The notes below the pieces were generated by a model, which was given only the letters and a program-made list of their open reading frames with translations, was not told the origin of the DNA and ran no database searches. Below, piece after piece: positions 51,019 through 62,659 of a stretch of 64,000 nt of DNA; position 1 is the first letter of the stretch, and the number at the start of each line of letters is the position of its first letter. The position numbers and the translations under genes were made by a program. This stretch comes from Entomortierella parvispora E1425. Its lineage: Eukaryota; Fungi; Mortierellomycota. Where the stretch lies: positions 1,736,001-1,800,000 of the forward strand of contig BQFW01000014.1 of NCBI GenBank assembly GCA_020891255.1, read 5' to 3'.

Positions 51019-54000
51019 CTATCCAAATTTTTGGAATATGTCGATATCGTCATCGCCATCATTATAGTAATCGTCCAGTTTTATCTTGTAGCCGGTGTCC
51101 CAGGTAGCCAGCAAAACCAATGCCTTAAGCTTGAGGATACCAAGACGCGTTCTTTTTGCTGTAAGAACGCATCCAGAGACGCTAAAGAGCCTTTCACTTG
51201 CCGCTGAGGAGGCTTGTATACTAAAGAAGATGACAACAAACTGGGACAGGTACTTGAACATGCCTCCATGCACTGCCCACCACTCATGAGGTTTGTTGTA
51301 ATCTTTCAACGGTTCCGATTGGGCAAGTTCGATATAACTCTGCAGCTCCATCGACAGGAGCGTGGTGAGATCCTCAGTAGACTTATCCCCAAAGTCGATT
51401 CCTGTGCGCAGTGGACTTTCAGGATCAGCCGTTGCAAGAATAAGGTCCTCTGCAAGCTGTTTCAGTCTTTCTCCTTCCAATCCAGTGAAAAATCCATCAT
51501 TCTTAATATTGGTAGGGTGGAGGTATGTGGCAATGAGGACTTCATCGGCCATATCAGCTGTGGAGAAGAGGCCTGCGAGCTGCCTTACAAACTTTTCTTG
51601 GAACCGCTCCACAATAGGAATCGTCAACAGAGGGTCGGAACTCAGGACCTTGCGGATCTTGGGGTATAAGCCTGTGATGACAGGGTCGTTGGAGGACATT
51701 GCTACTGTCAATTCTGCGGTGGGTCGCAGGACAGTAAGAAGCTCCTTGAGAACATCGAACTCTTCGTTACTCAGAAGCTGACTACCATATTCTCGCCAAA
51801 ATGTCTTCTCCATTTGCGTGGCAGTAGGCATCTGCGCTCGCGCCTTGACCAGGTCTGTTGCTTCACGTAGCTCCAGAAGGCGCTCTATCATCATGAATCT
51901 GCTGTTCCATCGCGTAACAGTGAATGTGAGAGCCTTTAGTTCCTTTTGTTTTAAGTCGGATCGCGCTTTGCATAGGAGAGTTGATCCTCCGCTTGATAGG
52001 AACGCCTTGTTGTGTTCTTCAGCCTTGCGGACAATAGTCTTTATATCACCCGTTGCTTCGATGATGTTGCGGATAAACAGTTGAAGTTTATGACAGGCAC
52101 AGGGAAACCACGGACCAAAAGTTTCGTCATCGTTGATTAAAAAGTCGAGTTGTTGCTTTCATGACATTGGCGGAGTCGGTAGTACTGCAAAAGGCCTTGC
52201 CTTTTAGCCCCCAAAATAAAAGGGTTCGCTCTAGAAGTTGTGATTTGTATTAGATCAAGCTGCAGCCAGGGCCAAAGACGACGGCAAGCAGAGCTACCAT
52301 CCACACTTACCTACTATATCCTGGATGTCAACAGCCGTCCCAGAACCAAAGTATTCCTCAAAACCAATCGCCAGAGATTTGGGTTTGTAGGTCTTTTTCT
52401 CGATGTAATGGAACGTGATCCCGATGAATTTCCGGCCAAATCTCTTCCAACCGTCGTAGGTAAAGCAGCCTCGAACGACTCCTGCAGCAAATATTTTGTC
52501 CAGTCGTGCGCGAGCATTTCCGTAAAGCTTGAATACACACTTTCCGACGGTTTGAGGAGAAGGCGACGGGTATGAAAATCCGAGAATTCTAGCGACGCCC
52601 GAGGCATACGGGCCAGTAACCACTGAGAACGGGAGTCTCTGTTGAATCGCGCTGTGAGTAGTGAATAGCTGTATAGCTTCTTGAGTACTCGGCAATATCT
52701 TGGTCAGCTGCGAGGACTTTGGCATTGTCTGGTCATAGAATACTGAATACCCTTCCGCGTTTCCTGCTTCCACATCTACATGAATTGACGTTTGATAGGT
52801 TAAAAATGTGATAGTGTACACCTATGAGTAATTCATTGAGATAGATTACCTTCGAATCCTTGATTTTTTCGGAATGTTGTCAATGCTGAGAGTATTTCTG
52901 GATGGTTCCTTGTAACATGTGCCGTACGCATGCCTGTACCTTGAGATCCTGGCTTATGGTAGTGACATCTGCGGTTCTCACTAGTCTTGACTCGGCAAAA
53001 GAACCATGCCTTTGGAATGTCAGAGACATAAGGAAACTTTTTCCCTGTGTATGGATCAACGGTTGGGGCGTTGATGGTGGGCTGGAGATCAACCTGGTTG
53101 ATTGTGGCAGGATTTGTTGTTGACACCTTCTCAAAGAAATGACGGTGCCATGCCCCTGGAATCGTAAGATCGATCTGCCTTATGGGTATATGTGCGAGCA
53201 TAGACTTGGCCTCCTTGCACACACTATATGGTGGGAGCTGGCCCACTTTCAGTGTTTTCTCGTAGTCTGCTATAGTCATGGATATACCTCCGCCATTTGG
53301 TGGAGGTTCGGAAAAGGCTGGGGTTGACCGAAGGAGTACAGGTGACGATGTACTATCGCCCGTTTGTTCCTGAGTGTACATTTCCACTTCGGACATCATT
53401 GATGGCTCTCGTGAAATGGACGCCACCGATGAAGTTCTACTCAGATTCCTTTGTCGAGCATTCCAAAGTTCCATTGGAGTTGTCTCAACTTCAGCCTCTC
53501 GGGCAGTTGGTGATACGGCTCGGGACGAAGCCCCAAGGTGTATATCTGCAATTGCCCTCGGTGCACCTGGAGTTGGACCACGGATTTGATCCGCAGGACG
53601 TTTCTTTGGAATAGTTGGAGGTACTCTGTAGTGCTCATAGGGCATTCCGGGAGGAGGGCGATACTGTGGATGAATGGGAAGAGTAGAATACTGCATAGTA
53701 TGGTGTGATTCGGTGTGATGCATCCCTGGGTAAGGACTGTATGGTACATCTGAATATGGATGGAAGTGGCCTGGTGGGTGGTAGACAGGTTGATTTGGGT
53801 CTTGAGAGTGATATTGAGGAAATTGATACTGTCCAGGGATATGGTATGCATGGTGAAGCTCATGAGGTTGGGAGTATGGGTACTGAGGACCTCGAGGTTG
53901 GGATGGAACTAGTGGGTTATATTGATGGTGGGAAGGTAGATAGGGATGAGGACGAGTCTGTGGTGCTTGAACAGCCTCATTATCGGTGTGGGAAGGAGGA

Positions 54001-54311
54001 CGAGGATGAGGATGAGGATGAAGGCGAGGAGGAGGATGAGTCCGGGGTGCTTGGATGGTCTCATTATCGATGTTGGAAGGAGGATGAGGACGAGGACGAG
54101 GACCAGTCTGTGGCTCTTGGACATCTTCAGTATCGATGCTGGAAGGAGGATAAGGACGGAGACGTGGACCAGTCTGTGGCTCTTGGGTAGCCTCAGTTTC
54201 GATGTTGGAAGGAGGGTGAGGAGGAGGATGAGGAGGAGGAGGATCGGTCTGTACTGTCTGGACAGCATCATCATCATCGTTGAAATGATGACTATATGGG
54301 TCGTAGTCCAT
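51019..54311 (-). CDS. hAT transposase (Pro/His repeats, BED finger, DDE, dimerisation domain); one probable +1 frameshift near 52140
   Basis: BED finger WFFC..C..H..H, TYDGW, TTDSANVM, CACH, TRWNS, WWAVH and SSAASERLFS; two GT-AG introns. Confidence 0.9.
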
Positions 54312-54572
54312 CGTGAGAGAAATGGTAGTACTATAGATGTTATAGAGAAAAGAAAAAGGTAGAAAATAAGGAGGAAAAAAAAGGAAAGAGGAAGAGGAAA
54401 GGAAAATTCAAGACAAGAGCATTGGAAGAAGTCAAGAGTTCCCACAGCATGGAGGAAACGGGAAGGTTCACAGTGCTTGCGATAAGCTTGGGCGATTTTC
54501 TTAATCTGGGGCATGCATGCACACCATGGCCACAAAAACATCGAGGAAAAAATGTGAAGGGCTTCACATGGT

Positions 54573-55022
54573 TTATTGATCAGGTAAGAGATGTGTTTGA
54601 TCCAAAGCTGGGTCACCTTGAGCGATTCGGAAGGCAACAACTGCATCGATCAAATCTCTGTGGGTGTTCCTGATGTGACGCAGTCGAATGTTCAAGCCAA
54701 AATCAGAGCGAATTCTGTAAGGACAGTTCTGAACTTGACATTTAGAGAAGCGAGGACCAGTGTCTCCAGTGGCCCTGTCCTCCAATGCAAAAAAATTGTT
54801 GTCAATCGATTGATTCCTAGCAACTCTGATAGGAACTGCGGCGAGGGCAAGCCTGTTTGCAGCGATGCATGCTTGAACTGGAGGGAGCTCACCAATTGGC
54901 AATTGAAAGTGGTCTTCAAGTCCCGCTACCAGTGGGTGCCATAAGTTTTGTGGAGGTTGGGGAACGAGTTCAGGATCAGCCTCGGGTTGTTGAGGAGGTA
55001 GGGCTTGCTCTTGCGCGTCCAT
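54573..55022 (-). CDS. Stand-alone BED-type zinc-finger ORF inside the hAT element, starting within the right TIR
   Basis: 149 aa; KCQVQNCPY...RLRHIRNTHRDLIDAVVAFRIAQG resembles the transposase BED region. Confidence 0.65.
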   Translation of the reverse strand: MDAQEQALPPQQPEADPELVPQPPQNLWHPLVAGLEDHFQLPIGELPPVQACIAANRLALAAVPIRVARNQSIDNNFFALEDRATGDTGPRFSKCQVQNCPYRIRSDFGLNIRLRHIRNTHRDLIDAVVAFRIAQGDPALDQTHLLPDQ

Positions 55023-55592
55023 GATACGATTTCACTGGGAGAGAATGTCGACTTGGGCCAGGATTGGAAAAAGACGGGAAACAAAAAAAAAAAAAAAGGG
55101 CAGACAAGCAATTAAACATCCGTGGACAAACAGGCGTGAACAGATAGACCACGGCACGCTTGAAGCTAGTGTGGCCCATGGTATGGGCATGCGCATGCTG
55201 CTCGAGAGGAGAGACGCTGGACCGCACCGCACACGCGCTTTTTGTCTCTGCTTTTGGGTCGCACAAAATGTTCCGACCACTCCTTTCCCAAGTGAGGTCC
55301 ACTTTTTTTTGGTGGGACTACTGGCGACCACTTTTTTTTTGGTGGATGCGATCCTTTTTGGGACAAATCACCATTTTCCTGCAGGAATCACTCAAAAAGA
55401 GTGAAAAAGAGTGAAAAAGAGTGAAAAAGAGTGAAAAAGAGTGGAGCTGCAGGTTTGTTGACACCTTTGCACCACTCCTTTATTTTGAGTGGCGACCAAG
55501 TGGTGGCCACCAAAAAATTGAGTGAAGCCACCGTTTCTGTGCAACGAAGGATGGTCACTTTTTTCGAAAAAGTGGCCCAGTTGTCGAGGCTG
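54912..55592 (-). repeat. Right TIR of hAT (681 bp)
   Basis: Reverse complement of 50217-50896. Confidence 0.95.
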
Positions 55593-56486
55593 CTCCAATC
55601 CAAAAAAATTCTCCTTCAGGCCATCGGCGTCATAGCCACAGCCACAGTGCGAAAACAAATTGATGGCTATAGGCCCTGTTTTGCACATGCCCTGAATGCA
55701 AGGTCTAGAACGATTTTCGGTGCCTTGGCATAAACAATATTTGCATTCTTTTCAATGAAGCGTTTGGTTAGAGAGAAACCAGCCTTAATTGGGTTCAATC
55801 GGGGAGAATAGGGAGGAAGAAAAACGAGAAATGCCCTCCTACTCTCAATTGCTTCCCGGAATTCGCTATACATATGAATGCGAGCATTGTCTATAGCTAC
55901 AAAGGAGTTTGGTAGAGGGTAAGGTTGAAGGTGGGGTAGAATCTTGTCGACAAATGCATCATGAAACGACTCCCGTGTGAATGTTCCAGTAGTGAATTCC
56001 CAGGCAAGAGAACCTCTGTAGTTAAAAGCAGCCAGTGCAGAGACAGGAACCCCCCGTGAGAAAGGAACGTTTATAATAGCTACCGTATTGACTGTGGAAT
56101 AGGCGTACGATCTCAAAGCCGCTCGTCCGTCCTTGCTCGTCTCATCAATAAACACAAGCTGCTCTGGAAAGAGGTACAGTTCCTTCATGTTTTGTCGAAA
56201 CCACTCGATTTCCTGTGGATTTGACTCGCGTGCTCGCTTCTGCAACTTTTTTCTTGTGAGATTCAGATTATTTCGTAAAGCACGGCAAATTGTGGAGACG
56301 GATGTATTCTGCAGATCTGGAAATTCACGCCAAAATTCCTCTTGCAGCTCCTCAAGGAAGAAGCAAGGGTGGTTTTTAGTATATGACTCGGCGAAAGTCA
56401 ACACATCTGGTGGCCATCGAGAAGAGCTTTTGCGCGTATGTTCAATGTGAACGTTCCCTGTGTTGTTGAAATGACCTGTCCTTGTC

Positions 56487-56521
<35 letters not shown>

Positions 56522-59013
56522 ATAAGAAAAAAAACGCGAAGGCGACGCGACTCAATAACGCGGACTTACGATACCATTTCGTGATCGTATGTTGCGAAAT
56601 GCCTAGCAACACTGCCACAGCAGATCTGGGCAGGCCCATTATATTGTAGAGCTTAATGGCGCACCAGCGAATATCGTCTGAAAAGGTCATTGGGATGTGG
56701 GGTGATGTTTGAGAAGCAACACGCACGTTGCAGTTTAAATACTGCGGTTTGAAAGCAGTTTCTCATCTTTTTACCCTTTCTGGATGCGTAAAAAGTTCGC
56801 AATTATACTACAAATAAACGGATGCCAGGTAAAATACGAACATACCCATGCTTTTTCGAACCACACGCAGAAACGTCTGATATTTTATTTATCCTGCGCC
56901 CATGTTCACGTGCCCGTCTTGTCACGTGCATTTAGCCCACCAAATTTCTAAGTTAACCGGAGTGACTGTTCATTGATATATTTTAATCATGATATCTGCA
57001 AGTTTATTTTTTTTTAGGTGCAAAGCATATTAAAAATGGGTTTGATCATCCTCATTATTTTGTAGAGAGTTAGCTTTGGCTGCAATGGTGTGGTACGAAC
57101 AATAAAAGATATATTGCTGGGTTGGAGGCGAAGACTCAATGAAAGAGGAGGGGGGCGCGCAATTGTGTGGCGTCTCGGCCAGGAGTCCACAGGCTGTGTC
57201 CGCCCCGAGTCGAAGCTAAAAAAGATATGAATGCCTGGAGATAACCTCTTTTCTGAATGAACAGCTCTCATTTTTTTTGCGCGGCGTTCGAGTTGGATGA
57301 ATTATCTACAATAGTTGCACCGGATCAGCCTATCTCCGGTACTCGTGGATGGGTGGGGATGTGAGCATCTGTTCCTAATTCGGCAGATTTTCTCCCTGCG
57401 GACAACATTTATTTTGAAATTTAGGAGGAAAAGGCAAGGGAGCAAGAGCCCGACCCTCAAAAAGAGGGCGAGCATTCTTTAGCCTCGAGGGTCAGAGAGG
57501 CGAGCTTCAACAATATTACAATATTACTGAGGACCTAAAACCGTACACGGGTGGTCGTGGAAAGTTTGGAAACCAACCTTCTCGCTTATTCTCTTTTTGG
57601 AGAAAGGTTTCTGCTTGCCTACTGCTGTTGGTTCACTGGGAGGGCATTGTGTTTTTTATCTTTTCTCATCGATGTAGTTCAGAGGTAGCAGCTGTCGTAA
57701 GAGGCTTACGGAGCAGAGACATGAGGGTTTCCACGAAAGAACAAGAGCGAGAGAGACTTGACATCTATTTTGGTCACTGGTGGGCATGACCGTCTCAGCT
57801 GGGGCGATGACGGATGATTTTGCGGCGTCAGTTTCTTGCTTTGTGCCGAAAGCATAGCTTGGAGTGTCATCTGGACCTTTCTTCTTTTTCTTTGGCAAGG
57901 GGTCTCAAAATAGCAAACCGCCGTGGTCAGCCACAAGACCATTCCTTAGTTCTAAAAAAGAACACACGGTCCTGGCCACAGGGCAGTCCGGTTGCATCTC
58001 TCATTCTTCATCCTTTGCCACTGATTCACTGCTGGGAAAAAAAAGGAGGGGAGGGGCACGGAAGAATCTTGGCCCAGAGTTTCTGTGAGTTTTTGTCAGG
58101 CAGGGGTTAAAAATATTTTGGGCAGTCGACTCACAAGCTAACCTCTTTGTGCAACAACAGAGAGCAGAAAGAGTATGGCTCGTCAACAACTGTCCAGATG
58201 GCTATCAAAATATTGGAGCTCTCTCAGGAAAATAAGCACGTTTTGCTGTTAATGTCGCGGCACAAGCTCCAGGTCTGGCCCTGGCCCTGGTCGCTTGGGT
58301 CAGGTCAGGTCAGGTCAAAGCTGTTGAGCGGAAGGAGGTTTGCACTGCTTTGACAGTGGTTCTCCAACGTGCGCAACGCGGCTTTTGTGTGCGTGTGTTT
58401 ATTTATTTTTTGTCGCAGCAAGGGGTTTCCTAATTCCCGCACAATCTGTTGAGAGTCAGGACGAATCACCTGGACGCTTTTACGAGCAGGGGCAGTCCCT
58501 CACCCTTTTTCTGAACGATAACGGCCTGATGATGACAGATGATGGACCTCATTGTGACGGACAAGACTGTCGTTCCTCCACAAACAATTGCAATTGCAAT
58601 CGCTGTCGTCCCTCCTTCTCTGTCTCCTGAGTGTCATTGCAATTCAATCGTCCCCATGCCATCGATCATCAGGCAAACCAATCCAAACAAACAAACCAAC
58701 CAAAAAGAAAAAAAATTATTGTCCACCAACCTTCCTCTATATCTAAATTTACAATTTCCCGTCCAACAGACCTCGCACACACATCATATTCAACCGAACA
58801 AAACTCTCTTTTTTTACTTCCAGTCCATTCCGCTCCTTCTTCCATGTTTCCGGTTGCTATATAAGCGGTGACCGTTTGATTCTTTTCTCTCGTCTTTCTT
58901 TTCCCTTTCTCCCTTGTCTCTCGCGCCCCCTGTCTTCCTCTTTTTACCCTCCACCCTTCTACTCCTTACGTCCTCACATCCACCTTCCTACATCCATACC
59001 CACACTTCCTACG

Positions 59014-60028
59014 ATGTTCTTTAAAACCATCGCCGCCTTTGCTACCATGGCCACTACTGTAATGGCCGTCACTGGTACCGTAGACCCGGAGCAGGTTACT
59101 TGCGGAATACCTAACGCCACCCGGAGTATCATCACCTCCATCGAGAGTGCAGATCAGTTCTGCACGATGTTGACTGGATATGGTGTCTACCCTGTCGCTA
59201 CCAACGAAGGATGCGCTGGCGTTTACTGCTACGGAGAAGTCGAGAACGGAGGACTGCCAATGCCTCCCGGATACATCGTCTCTTCTCACTATGTCAGAAA
59301 CGACTCTGCTCAATATGTTCAGATTACAGGATGCATTGACAGCACCGTTTGGGCCCAAAACCCTACTGACGAGGGTGGTCAGATGGACTCCCACGGCTGG
59401 GCTTACACCTGCGCCGGATATGGAAAGTTCTTGTCCTTGCTGGAGCCTGCTACGAACACTTTCTGTATCCGCTGCTGCAATGGCACCACCCAAGCCGAGT
59501 TGAACGACAACTGTGATACCAGTAAGTTGGAGACATAGATGCGCTTTATTAGCTCCTTCCTCTTGTTCCTGTTCTTCCATCAAGAGAACCCACGCCGTGT
59601 TCTCTTTTTTTTTTTGCTCATTTATCTGAGGAAAAATTACCGGAAAGGTGGTGGGGCACCCTTTTTTCGTTTCTAAATCTCTAACCGATGTGTTTCCCAC
59701 TCTTCGTTTAGGCCACTCTACCAGCGGCTGCTGGAACCTCATCCCTGGTAACTACACTTTTGGCAATAACGTTCCTTGCACTCCCCCTGCTGGTGCCCCC
59801 AACTCGACCACTATCGTCACCAGCGGTGTTCCTCCCAGCGGCTCTTCCACCGCTACTGGTTCCGGTGCTGCTGCTACCGGTGCTGCTGCTACCGGTACCG
59901 GTACCGCTGCCGGTGCTGGATCCACCGCTCTTCCCGCAGCCCGCACCTCGGCTGCTGCCGGTATTTTCTCGACTGGTTCCGCCATCGCTGCCTCTTTGGC
60001 TTTGGCCGTTATGATCGCTTCTTTTTAA
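59014..60028 (+). CDS. Secreted Cys-rich protein with Ser/Thr/Ala stalk and probable GPI signal (1 intron)
   Basis: Signal peptide; YVQITGCID..DEGGQMDSHG..C.GY..F.SLLEP...FCIRCC..C|..GC..LIPGNY; hydrophobic C-terminus. Confidence 0.8.
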
Positions 60029-62659
60029 GAAAACAGGCACTGGTTGCCGATTCTTAGGATGCTCACCTCCATACACTATTTAAAAGCAAAATAATCCCCA
60101 TTTACAAAAAAAAAAAAAATACATTTTTTTCTTTGCTCCCTTGTTCAGGTGAATGTCAGATTTTTTTTGCTCGATAGTTGACCGATAATGCAAGGGAAAA
60201 AGAAGAAAGAACAAGGACGAGAAGCCTACCGGATTTTGCCCGAGAATGTATGAAGAGACAGTTACAGTGTTACAGTCCAATAATCTAGCAAAACAAGACA
60301 ATTATGTTTGTACGAGATGGTTGTAGGAGACACCTTTGCTAAGCTGTCTTGCAGTCAGTCCCTTGCCGCCACTTCGGATGTCTTGTCACCCCCCTTGCTT
60401 CCCCTCTGAACGTTTTGTTCTTCCCCTGTCCCGCCACTCTGGACACCGTGAGGGCTCTCATCTTTCATTTTTGTATCTTTTATCGCCTCCACATGCTCAG
60501 ACAGGAACCAGGATGGCAAAAGCACTGTACATACGACGTGTTCAATTTTTCATATACTAGGGCATGTGCAACTAGCGTAGTGATACAAATCGATCGGGAA
60601 ACATTGCTTTCATAATACAGGTTTGAACATGCATGATCCACAGAAAGAGGGGGGGGGGGGGGTTTCTTGTCAAAAGTTCAGACCGAAGGTTATTCTCATG
60701 GTTTCAATTGAATGGAACTTCTAGGTCCCCAATGCCACAAAGCTCCATGTTCTTTTTTTCACCCCCTCCAACGATAGAAAAAGGAAAGAGTTACAACTCC
60801 CCATCTCTTTCTCTCTTTCTAGGAACACATTGAGTTTTCAGTTGGAGCAACACGCTGGGTTGATGATAGAGAGGCACACAGTCGTGGGTTGAGGACTCCA
60901 GCCTTCAAAGTGTTGACGCATGCTACTCTAAACCGCTTCCAGAGAAACCCTTCTTCAATCACTCCAAGCTCTATCACAAACGTTCATATAGGAGGTGCAT
61001 GCATTGAAAGAAGATCGAAAGTGACCCAGCGATCTCGTCATTGTCACAAGCCGAGAATAGGTTGGGTCTACCACCCCCTGTCGTCAAGTGTTTGCCCTGT
61101 TCACCGTCATTGTTCCTTCTTCCAAACGCATGCATGGATGAACCATTTCGAGCAAGGGCGGTATGAGAATGGTTGGCAAAGGTTGACATCCCTCTGAGTT
61201 TGTTGGTGGTGGAGAGAGCTTCCAACGAGAAAAAGATCAATATTGGTGGCAAATTTGCCACCAATTTTTTGGATGCTTTTTTTTCCTGTTGTCAAAGACT
61301 CGAGGCGGGGTCCTCCAGGGCGAAATCATTTTAGACACCCCACTCGTCCTCTCTGCCTTCTGCGAGGGGTCTCCACTCAATTCTCCACAGGCCCCGCTGG
61401 TTTTTTTGTGGCTACTGTTCCTGATTTTTTTTTTTTTTTTTTTGCTAGAGTCCAGCTTCAAACGATAAAAGCTCAAGCCCGTCTGTTCAGGGTCCGCGGC
61501 TCCAGAGATCTGTGAATCAGCCAATGATGGGTCCTGAATGGGGTCCAGACCAAAGGAGAACAAAAAAGGGATGGTCGGGTTCCCACCCACCCCCCCCCCC
61601 CCCCCCCCCCACCATGCCTGACTTCCTGGCTTTGCTGTCCCGGGTCCTGTCCTGCCAGAGAGTACCAAGGGACGATCCTTTTTTTGGCGAGAAAAGCTCG
61701 TGCTTTTTTCCTGAAAGAGGTTGCTTGTTCTTGTGGCGCACATCAGATCAGACATGTTTTGCATGGTGGAAGACTCTATGGTTGTGGGCAAAAGAGCAAG
61801 AGCAAGAGAGAGAGAGAAAGAGAGAGAGAAGAGGAAAGACTGAGATTTCATTTCATGGGATGCGGCAGGAGAAGAGAAGGGGGGAGTGCGAGCGCACAAA
61901 CAAAAAAACAAAACAAACAAGCAATAATAAGCAACCCAATCCCACCTCATAGCATCGCTGTCCACCCACCGCTTTGCGCCCAAGCGCGTGCTACCGCTGC
62001 TCTCATCGTTGCTTCAGTTCTGTCTTTTTTGCTATCCGAGAGCGAGCGAGCGAGAGAGAGGAGAAGGGAAGGAGGCAGAGAGAAAGTCAGAAGGAAAGAG
62101 AGCGAGAAAACAAGAAGCCAACGAGCCAACGAACGAACGCGCCCTCTGCTCTGCCCTTCCACACCGCACACTTTCACACCACACACTTTCACACTCTCAC
62201 ACCGCACACCTGCCCACTGACTGCACACTCACACTCTCTCTTGCTTGCCCACCCCTGTCTGTCTATCCCTTCCTCTGTTTTCCTCCTCTCTCTCTCTTCT
62301 CCCCATCCTTCCATCTCTTCATCCTTCTCCCTTCACCGGACAGCAGGTAATCATTCAAGTGTACATGTACTCTACCTTCTTCGTGTGCATACATGTACCC
62401 TTCTCTTCTAATCATCATCATCACTCCTCCACCTGTCTTATCATTACCGATACTGTAGTCCCCCAAGCAAGCAACACTGGCAGGCATCGTTCATCCCCCG
62501 GCTTCTTCCTCCCTCCCCTCCTCCTCCTCCTCCTCCGCCATCCCCCCCTCGCCCTCGCCCTCCTCCTCCTGCTCCTCATTCGAGGTCGTCGACCATCCCT
62601 CCCAGGTTCCTGCTCCGTCGCTCCCCGCTCTACGCCTGTCATTCTCGCCCCTCTTTGAA

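Larger units (their letters stand above)
50217..55592 (-). mobile_element. hAT DNA transposon, 5,376 bp, 8-bp TSD CTCCAATC
   Basis: TSD at 50209-50216 and 55593-55600; termini CAGCCTCGAC...GTCGAGGCTG; internal hAT transposase gene. Confidence 0.95.
50176..56690 (-). mobile_element. Tc1/mariner-IS630 DD34E transposase, inactivated and interrupted by a hAT insertion
   Basis: HTH exon MTFSDDIRWCAIKLY..., intron, then FIDET, IDNARIH and LPPYSPRLNPIK (E replaced by K at spacing 34). The tail FSHCGCGY..GLE continues across the hAT TSD to TAA at 50176. Confidence 0.88.

Noticed and set aside
57321-57345. Possible left TIR matching 43384-43412 (ATCTCCG(G)TA)
   Set aside because: The match is short and needs several gaps, so it is not distinguishable from chance.
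57656-58060. Short minus-strand ORF fragments
   Set aside because: Stops in all frames and no recognisable family.
60100-62600. Many short ORFs in a long intergenic region
   Set aside because: They derive from CT/GA, CA and poly(C)/(T) microsatellites typical of promoter and 5' UTR sequence.
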